From a virus (taxonomy: Duplodnaviria > Caudoviricetes), in IMG/VR virus record IMGVR_UViG_3300033802_000250: 64,000 nt of DNA. One strand, given 5' to 3'. Made by a program: the position numbers and the translations under genes. The notes under the pieces are model-generated. The model saw nothing but the letters and a program-made list of their open reading frames with translations, did no database searches and was not told the origin of the DNA. Positions 58,137 to 64,000 of this stretch are shown here, in pieces. The number at the start of each line of letters is the position of its first letter. Positions within the stretch are counted from its first letter, which is position 1.

Positions 58137-58439
58137 TTAATGAACGTGATACAGTGGAATACCTGTGATGCGGGCAAAAGTATCCATCACCTCGTTCACG
58201 AAGTGATCGTTGTCCTCCTTGGGCCTATGGAAGCTGATATGAATGCCAGCCGAATCGGTGTCTGCGCTGACGCCCTCGATGGTAAAAACAATCAGCACGG
58301 CTTGTTTGCCGTTGCTCACAGCGATTCTGAATACTTGGTCGGTCTCCAGTTCGCTATCATCAGCCTCGACATCGTACCCCGCATCGTAGTAGTATTCGAT
58401 GAACTCCGTCAGCTTCTCGCCCAATTCTTCATAACCCAC
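58137..58439 (-). CDS. Acidic small protein
   Basis: AAGGTGG RBS with GTG start. Confidence 0.65.
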   Translation of the reverse strand: MGYEELGEKLTEFIEYYYDAGYDVEADDSELETDQVFRIAVSNGKQAVLIVFTIEGVSADTDSAGIHISFHRPKEDNDHFVNEVMDTFARITGIPLYHVH

Positions 58440-58457
58440 GAGACCACCTTCGTTACA

Positions 58458-58487
58458 TAATGTGTACCAAGAGGTAATGCATTATGC
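58458..58487 (-). promoter_or_regulatory. SigG-like promoter
   Basis: Minus strand GCATA-N18-CACATTA. Confidence 0.65.
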
Positions 58488-58488
58488 C

Positions 58489-59001
58489 TCAGTCCCACTC
58501 AATCGGTTCGTCGTCGTCCCAAATGATGGGTTCATCATCGGGAATGACGCGCTTCTTTTTCTTCTTGATGGACTTGGCTTTTTCCTTCTTCTTCAGCAGT
58601 TTGATGTCGTCCAGACCGACGCGGTACATCCGATGGCCGGTTTCGTCATAGGGCTTGTCCAACTTTAACTGGATCGGGTACAAGAACGAAAACGGCAAGT
58701 CGTTGATCGAAATGTATTCGACCGTTCCCTTGATGCCGAGCGACAAAACCTTCACGCGGTCGCCGACTTTCGGTACGAAATACCTTCTGCTCATCTGCTT
58801 CACCAACTCTCCGACAAAATCAGGATCGAGCATGATGGATGGTGTCCACGCTTCGGTTTTGGTTCCATCCTCCCACTCTACATCTACCCGTGACAACGGA
58901 GAAAAGATCTTCGGCACGCCGGTCACGACTCCTTTGCGCCGCCATACCCGATCCATCACCCGGTCGCCGACATAATAATGACCGCGTTTGCGCTTCATCA
59001 T
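58489..59001 (-). CDS. Tandem SH3/KOW-like domain protein
   Basis: Two VGDRV...GxV units. Confidence 0.6.
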   Translation of the reverse strand: MMKRKRGHYYVGDRVMDRVWRRKGVVTGVPKIFSPLSRVDVEWEDGTKTEAWTPSIMLDPDFVGELVKQMSRRYFVPKVGDRVKVLSLGIKGTVEYISINDLPFSFLYPIQLKLDKPYDETGHRMYRVGLDDIKLLKKKEKAKSIKKKKKRVIPDDEPIIWDDDEPIEWD

Positions 59002-59168
59002 TACACCTGCTTCCGTTTGGCGAAGCGATCCTCATCGGCTTTCACTTTGCGCATCAGTTTATGGTAAACCTTGTGCGCCGTGATGTTGGTGATCGGCCTC
59101 GTGAATACGATGAAGGCGAGCGCGGTGCCGAGAAAGCTGAAAATCAGCGTTGACAGCCAGTGAGGCAT
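59001..59168 (-). CDS. Small TM protein (55 aa, not in the ORF track)
   Basis: AAAGGAGG RBS; MPHWLSTLIFSFLGTALAFIVFTRPITNITAHKVYHKLMRKVKADEDRFAKRKQV*. Confidence 0.7.
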   Translation of the reverse strand: MPHWLSTLIFSFLGTALAFIVFTRPITNITAHKVYHKLMRKVKADEDRFAKRKQV

Positions 59169-59917
59169 CAATAATACCTCCTTTTGAACCCCTTGGGATT
59201 CATGAACTGATACTTGATAATCTCCCGGGTCTTAAAGTCGTAGGCATAAGCGATGCCTTTTTGCAGATCAACCATCGTCAGACGACAACCGAACCCGGCT
59301 CCGGTATCAATGCCCATTTTTCTCCGCTGACGCGAAAACCACACGGTCGCTTCATCCGACGAAATGTTGCGATGGATTTGGAATGTAGGGGTGTGCCCGA
59401 ACACAATCACCTGATCGAAGGTATGATACATATTCGGATTCCGCCAAGCATCGCATCCGTTGTACAGATACTCATGAAGCTGGCGGCCCATCGTCGGAAT
59501 GCGCGGGTCGATCCCGGCATGAACGAAGATGAAATCTTCGGTTTCATAATACGGAATGATCGCATCCAGCACCGTATTGATCGTCTCGTTGACATGATCG
59601 ACTCCATGTCTTTGCACGGCAAGTTCGATGGATTTGAGCGTCGTGATTCCGCCGACATCCGGCGATACAAAGAAATGATGCGGCAACTGACTTGTCCGAT
59701 ACTTCATGTACCAGATATCATGGTTGCCGCCGACGATCTTGCATCCTTCTTCGATCAATTGGGCGCATTCTTCAAACACACCCCACGAATCCAGTCCACG
59801 ATTGACCAGATCGCCGCAGATAATCATCTGCTCGGGATCCGGGTCAACGTAATCCAGAAGTTCAACGAACTGGCGTCCGTTGCCGTGGATGTCCGAGATT
59901 GCCCATCTGATTTCCAT
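59168..59917 (-). CDS. Ser/Thr protein phosphatase-type metallophosphoesterase
   Basis: SDIHG, GDLVNRG, GNHD, VHAG, FGHTP, IDTGA. Confidence 0.9.
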   Translation of the reverse strand: MEIRWAISDIHGNGRQFVELLDYVDPDPEQMIICGDLVNRGLDSWGVFEECAQLIEEGCKIVGGNHDIWYMKYRTSQLPHHFFVSPDVGGITTLKSIELAVQRHGVDHVNETINTVLDAIIPYYETEDFIFVHAGIDPRIPTMGRQLHEYLYNGCDAWRNPNMYHTFDQVIVFGHTPTFQIHRNISSDEATVWFSRQRRKMGIDTGAGFGCRLTMVDLQKGIAYAYDFKTREIIKYQFMNPKGFKRRYY

Positions 59918-59964
59918 TATGCTACCCTCCTCTAATTGGCGAGACCCCGCCAATTAGCGGGGTC

Positions 59965-60426
59965 TTACTTGCCGGATTCTCCGAAGCCTCCGTCGCCTCG
60001 ATCTGAGTTGCTCAAACGCTTGACGATGGCGTTGTAATCCTCCCGATTGTCCAGTTCTTCGATTTCCGTCGCCTCGGAAAACGGCATAAAGATCAATTGT
60101 GCAGGGCGAGTGCCCGCTTTGATCCGACGCGGCAGGAACGAAAGATTCGTGACAATGATGCCGATGTCGCCGTGATAGCCGTGATCGACCGTACCGGAAT
60201 GAACAAGCCAACCGTTCAGGCTTTCGCCGCTACGTCCTTTGATGCGGCCCAAATGTCCTGCGGGGATATGTACGCAGGCGTTGGACAAGACTTTGCGGGT
60301 CTGGAATGGCAGAAACCATTTGGTCTCAGCGGCAAACAGGTCATATCCCGCGTCTTTGCCCGGGCGTTTGTTCATGTATCCCGGTATGTCTTTTTTGAGA
60401 CGGTACATGTACGTCTTGAACTGCAT
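59965..60426 (-). CDS. dut: Trimeric dUTPase
   Basis: AGYDL, RSG, GTVDHGYHG, AQLI, RGDGGFGESG. Confidence 0.95.
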   Translation of the reverse strand: MQFKTYMYRLKKDIPGYMNKRPGKDAGYDLFAAETKWFLPFQTRKVLSNACVHIPAGHLGRIKGRSGESLNGWLVHSGTVDHGYHGDIGIIVTNLSFLPRRIKAGTRPAQLIFMPFSEATEIEELDNREDYNAIVKRLSNSDRGDGGFGESGK

Positions 60427-60438
60427 GATGACCTCCTG

Positions 60439-60741
60439 TTACTTCTCCAGAATGTAGACGTAACGCTCATCCACGGGGTCTTTGAGGGCGATATTGAACT
60501 CCCGCAGTTCCATGTTGGCAAGAATTTGCGCGGCCTTCTCGATGACACCGGCCACGCGCTGACGATAAGCGGTGAGTTCTGCGTCGGCGGGAGTCGCATT
60601 TTGCAGGGTATAATCCGCAAACAGCAATCCCTTGTTTTTGCCGCTGGCGCGTTTCTTGATCCTCAGCGTTCGGATTTCACCCTTGCGCACATGGTTGGCA
60701 ATGCGGATGAGCGTATCCACAGTAACTTGTTCGCTTGGCAT
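60439..60741 (-). CDS. Hypothetical protein
   Basis: ORF with an upstream extended -10 and hairpin. Confidence 0.6.
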   Translation of the reverse strand: MPSEQVTVDTLIRIANHVRKGEIRTLRIKKRASGKNKGLLFADYTLQNATPADAELTAYRQRVAGVIEKAAQILANMELREFNIALKDPVDERYVYILEK

Positions 60742-60769
60742 ATGGTCTCACATCCTATGCAGGAATTAG

Positions 60770-60802
60770 GGGGAGCGGGTTGGCTCCCCTGTCATTATAG
60801 CA
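60770..60802 (-). promoter_or_regulatory. Extended -10 promoter followed by a leader hairpin
   Basis: Minus strand TGCTATAAT, then GGGGAGC-N6-GCTCCCC. Confidence 0.5.
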
Positions 60803-60803
60803 T

Positions 60804-61412
60804 TTACGCGGCAGGGTCGTCCTCGTTTTCCTTCTCTTTGCGCTTGGCTTCGATACGCTGGATTTTCTTCTCCAGCCAATCCAGAAATTCTTCAGCCTGC
60901 GTTTGCAGAAGTTCGTTGAACTCCTCTGCCCCGGTTTGCTTTTCCATCCAAGTGTACAACTTGGCGTCGGATATCTTCGCGGCCTTTGCCATCCGCTTGA
61001 TCTTGCCGATGATTTTCGGGTCTGCCAGATCCGGCTCGTAAATGAGCAGTTCCTCCTTCGTAACCATGTCAATGTTGAGATAGTCACGAAGGGCGCGGCC
61101 TTTGGCCCGGGTGAGAGCCATGCGCGGCGCGTGCGGGCCGACCATTTTGTTGCAGTTGCGTTCGCTGGCGTCCGCTTCTTCCATGCCGACAATCTGGCCG
61201 TTCTTATCGTAGATCTCCGCGCGGGCAAAGGTTGTCCACTTGTTTTCCGCGCAGGGATACTGCGTAATATAGGCCCGGATGTGGCCGAAGTCGGGTTGCT
61301 GATGCGCCAGCGCCAGCAGGCCGGGATACTCCACAAATTCCTTGCCCTTGAGGTTCTTGATGTACTTCTTACGGAACTCATCCGTAAGCTCGGGGCGCTT
61401 CTTCTCGGCCAT
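60804..61412 (-). CDS. Second single-strand annealing protein (Rad52/RecT-like core)
   Basis: LKGKEFVEYPGLLALAH...RMALTRAKGRALRDYLNI resembles the SSAP core helix. Confidence 0.55.
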   Translation of the reverse strand: MAEKKRPELTDEFRKKYIKNLKGKEFVEYPGLLALAHQQPDFGHIRAYITQYPCAENKWTTFARAEIYDKNGQIVGMEEADASERNCNKMVGPHAPRMALTRAKGRALRDYLNIDMVTKEELLIYEPDLADPKIIGKIKRMAKAAKISDAKLYTWMEKQTGAEEFNELLQTQAEEFLDWLEKKIQRIEAKRKEKENEDDPAA

Positions 61413-61470
61413 TGATTTCATTCCCTTCTGTTACTTATTATATAACATATTGTAACACTCTGGCACAACT

Positions 61471-63432
61471 TTATACTTCCTCGATCAGCGAATCCGGGAT
61501 CGTGTACAGGAAGCGCGATGGGCTTTTGGTTTCCCAAAGCCGTTGATAATTCATCCGTTGCCGTGCCATCGTGATATACAATAGCTTCTCCGCTCGGGTA
61601 ATACCGACGTAAGCAAGGCGGCGTTCTTCCGCGATATCGCCTTCTTCAACAGCGCTGGCGTGCGGAAGCAATCCCTCCTCGAATCCGACGAGAAAGACCA
61701 CGGGAAATTCCAACCCTTTTGCCGTATGCAAGGTCATCATCTGCACCTTGTCGGCATCCTGCTTAGCGGATACCTTGTCAGCCTGTGCGGTAAGCGCTAT
61801 TTGATCGAGGAAGTCCTGAACCGTTGGATGATTGTTCTCCTCCTCGTAACCTTTGGCGATCTTCACAAGCTCCATAATGTTGTCCACACGCCGCTCGGAT
61901 TCCTCGGAGCCTTCCTCCTTCAGTTTGTCAACATACCCGGTGTGCTTGAACACAAGATCAAGCATATCGCTGATCGGAGTGTCCGTGACATGCTTTCCGG
62001 CCTCATAAATCGTATTGAGCCGGACAACGATCTGCGTAAGCCCGGCGATAGCCGCCTGCGCCTTGACCGTTTTCGGTTTGAAATACTCCACCGCTTCATA
62101 CAAGCTGGAGTTTTCCTTGCGTTGTTTGCTGACGATGGCTTCGATGGTTGTCTTGCCGATGCCGGGAAGCATTCCAAGCACGCGCTCGCACGCAATATCG
62201 TTGTCAGGGTTGATCGCAAGCTGAAGCCATGCAAGGATGTCTTTGATCTCCTTGCGCTCATAGAAGCTGAAACCGGACACCATATTGTAGGGGATCTGGT
62301 GGATCATCAGCTTTTCCTCGAACAGCCGCGACTGAACATTGGTACGGTAAAGAATTGCGAAATCGCCGTAGGAGTAGCCCTCGAATCGCACAAGGTTATT
62401 GATCTCCTGCGCGACGAACTCGGCCTCCTCCATATCGGTGCGAGCGGAGAACTTGCGGATTTTGTCGCCGACCGAATTGTTCGAGAAGCAGGTTTTCTTC
62501 ATCTGGTTCTGCGCGTTCTCCATCAGCTTGTTGCCCGCTTCGACAATGGTCTGCGTGGAACGATAATTCTGCTCCAGCTTGACGATCTTTGCGCCGGGAT
62601 AATCCTGCTGGAAGTTCAGGATCTTCTGAACGTCTGCGCCACGCCAGCCATAGATCGACTGGTAGTCATCGCCGACGATGAAGATATTGTTCGCCTTCCC
62701 GACAATTTGTTTAACGATGCGGTACTGGCATTCGTTTGTATCCTGATACTCGTCCACCATGACGTACTTGAATTTCTTCTGGAACTTGCGACGCACGTCC
62801 GGGTACATCTCCAGTACATGAACCATGCGCATCAGCAGGTCGTCAAAGTCCATCGCGTTCAGGCGTTGAAGCCTGTCTTGGTATTCCTTGTAGACCTTGT
62901 AGAACGTATGATCTTTGTCATACAGGATGTGATTCCGGGCGTCCTCCGGCGTCATCATCTCATTCTTGCAATTCGAGATGCGGTCTTTGTAGATGCGCAC
63001 GGCGGTCGCGTTGCTCTCCAGATTGAAGTCTTTCAGTACGCTACGGATGACCTTGTTTTGGTCATCTTCGTCATAGATCGTCCAATTCTTCTTCAGACCG
63101 GCCTCCGCATAGAACCTGTGAAGCCAGCGCACACACAGGCTATGGAATGTTCCGATGGTCAGCTTCTTGGTACTATCCGGGCCGACCAGTTTTCCGATTC
63201 GCTCCTTCATCTCATTGGCGGCCTTGTTGGTAAACGTGACCGCCATGATATGTCGAGGATCAACACCCTTCGCGATCAAATACGCAATGCGTGTGGTCAA
63301 TACAAGGGTTTTCCCAGAGCCCGCGCCTGCAATGACGAGCGTGGGCTCCTTGAGCGTATCTTTCACAGCAACGCGCTGTTGGGGGTTCAATCCTTTGAGC
63401 AACTGCTTTCTCTGCTCGATGGTCGTTGTCAT
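61471..63432 (-). CDS. pcrA: PcrA/UvrD SF1 helicase
   Basis: AGAGSGKT, TFTNKAA, VDEYQD, GDDYQSIY, LEQNYRS, TLHTAKGLEF, EERRLAYVGITRA. Confidence 0.95.
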   Translation of the reverse strand: MTTTIEQRKQLLKGLNPQQRVAVKDTLKEPTLVIAGAGSGKTLVLTTRIAYLIAKGVDPRHIMAVTFTNKAANEMKERIGKLVGPDSTKKLTIGTFHSLCVRWLHRFYAEAGLKKNWTIYDEDDQNKVIRSVLKDFNLESNATAVRIYKDRISNCKNEMMTPEDARNHILYDKDHTFYKVYKEYQDRLQRLNAMDFDDLLMRMVHVLEMYPDVRRKFQKKFKYVMVDEYQDTNECQYRIVKQIVGKANNIFIVGDDYQSIYGWRGADVQKILNFQQDYPGAKIVKLEQNYRSTQTIVEAGNKLMENAQNQMKKTCFSNNSVGDKIRKFSARTDMEEAEFVAQEINNLVRFEGYSYGDFAILYRTNVQSRLFEEKLMIHQIPYNMVSGFSFYERKEIKDILAWLQLAINPDNDIACERVLGMLPGIGKTTIEAIVSKQRKENSSLYEAVEYFKPKTVKAQAAIAGLTQIVVRLNTIYEAGKHVTDTPISDMLDLVFKHTGYVDKLKEEGSEESERRVDNIMELVKIAKGYEEENNHPTVQDFLDQIALTAQADKVSAKQDADKVQMMTLHTAKGLEFPVVFLVGFEEGLLPHASAVEEGDIAEERRLAYVGITRAEKLLYITMARQRMNYQRLWETKSPSRFLYTIPDSLIEEV

Positions 63433-63443
63433 CGGTGTGCCTC

Positions 63444-64000
63444 CTATTCAAAGGACAATTTCTTGGCCCCCAAATTCTTCTTGATCGTCTTGATGTGTTC
63501 CTTCATGTTTTCAAACAAAACCGCAATGCGGCCTTTCTTGATAGCGGCCTTGCCAAGATTGCCGCTCCCCGCGAACTGATCGACGACGATTTCGCCCGGG
63601 AGCGTTACAGCTTCGAGAATTTGCTCATAGAGCGATACAGGCTTTTCCGCCTGATGGATGCGCTCATTGCGCCCCGGCGGCTGGCAATCGAACTCCGTCG
63701 GAAGCATATAGGCGGTGCCGCTCATATAATGCGGCTCGCCGGTCGCCTTCGTCTTCTTGACATCGGGCCGGAGAGCGCGGGCTTTGCCCTTGGTGAAGAA
63801 CATGATGTCCTCTGTATTCTTCGCCTTGCGGCCTGTGTTGGCAACAAAGGTGCCTTTCTTCCACGGCACCTTAGCGTAGTAGTAGAGTCCGCACTCCTCG
63901 GCCATTTTCTTGATCTGGTACAGGTATTCGTAATTGTTTTCGTTCTCTGCGGGCAGGACTTCCACCAGAAAACCTCCGGGCCGCAATACCCGGGCCTTCT
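63444..64000 (-). CDS. Beta-class N4/N6 DNA methyltransferase, 5'-truncated
   Basis: RVLRPGG, HQAEKP, VVDQFAGSG. Confidence 0.85.
   Translation of the reverse strand, partial: KARVLRPGGFLVEVLPAENENNYEYLYQIKKMAEECGLYYYAKVPWKKGTFVANTGRKAKNTEDIMFFTKGKARALRPDVKKTKATGEPHYMSGTAYMLPTEFDCQPPGRNERIHQAEKPVSLYEQILEAVTLPGEIVVDQFAGSGNLGKAAIKKGRIAVLFENMKEHIKTIKKNLGAKKLSFE

Noticed and set aside
40994-60426. Uracil-substituted genome suggested by the degenerate ThyX and UDG-like genes
   Set aside because: An intact dUTPase with all five motifs argues against dUTP incorporation.
1-64000. CRISPR array, tRNA, rRNA or IS element
   Set aside because: No intergenic gap is longer than about 140 bp. No repeat-spacer pattern, cloverleaf or transposase was seen. 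The Cas4-like gene has no cas neighbours.

Overview
A densely coding 64-kb segment of a large Bacillota (spore-former) phage or phage-plasmid. All assignments come from reading motifs; no database search was run. Layout: (1) 1-20.2 kb (+): virion structural genes, with Ig/FN3 proteins, a VWA-containing protein, a repeat-rich tail fibre and a tandem family of paralogous baseplate-like proteins; 20.2-21.2 kb holds three small holin-like membrane proteins and a terminator. (2) 21.3-31.8 kb (+): Rad52/Sak-like annealing protein, archaeo-eukaryotic primase, DnaB-like helicase, HAD nucleotidase, PD-(D/E)XK nuclease, RuvC, a sigma-70-family factor and four small structural-like genes. (3) 31.9-36.7 kb (-): a compact DNA-transfer-like operon (pilin-like, VirB6-like, single-TM peptide, VirD4/TraG-like ATPase, replication-relaxation protein), followed by RHH-like and PadR regulators. 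(4) 38.7-64 kb (-): nucleotide and DNA metabolism (degenerate ThyX-like, NrdJ, Hjc-like nuclease, guanylate kinase, UDG-like, DnaG, split SbcCD with a SbcD-SbcC fusion, phosphatase, dUTPase, second annealing protein, PcrA, DNA methyltransferase). The strongest unexplained signal is that many of the few short intergenic gaps hold near-consensus promoters for host sporulation sigma factors (SigH, SigF, SigE, SigG). Together with the minimal DNA pump/relaxase operon, this suggests an element that follows the sporulation programme and may move its DNA into the forespore. That interpretation is a hypothesis. No tRNA, rRNA, CRISPR array, transposase or reverse transcriptase was seen.
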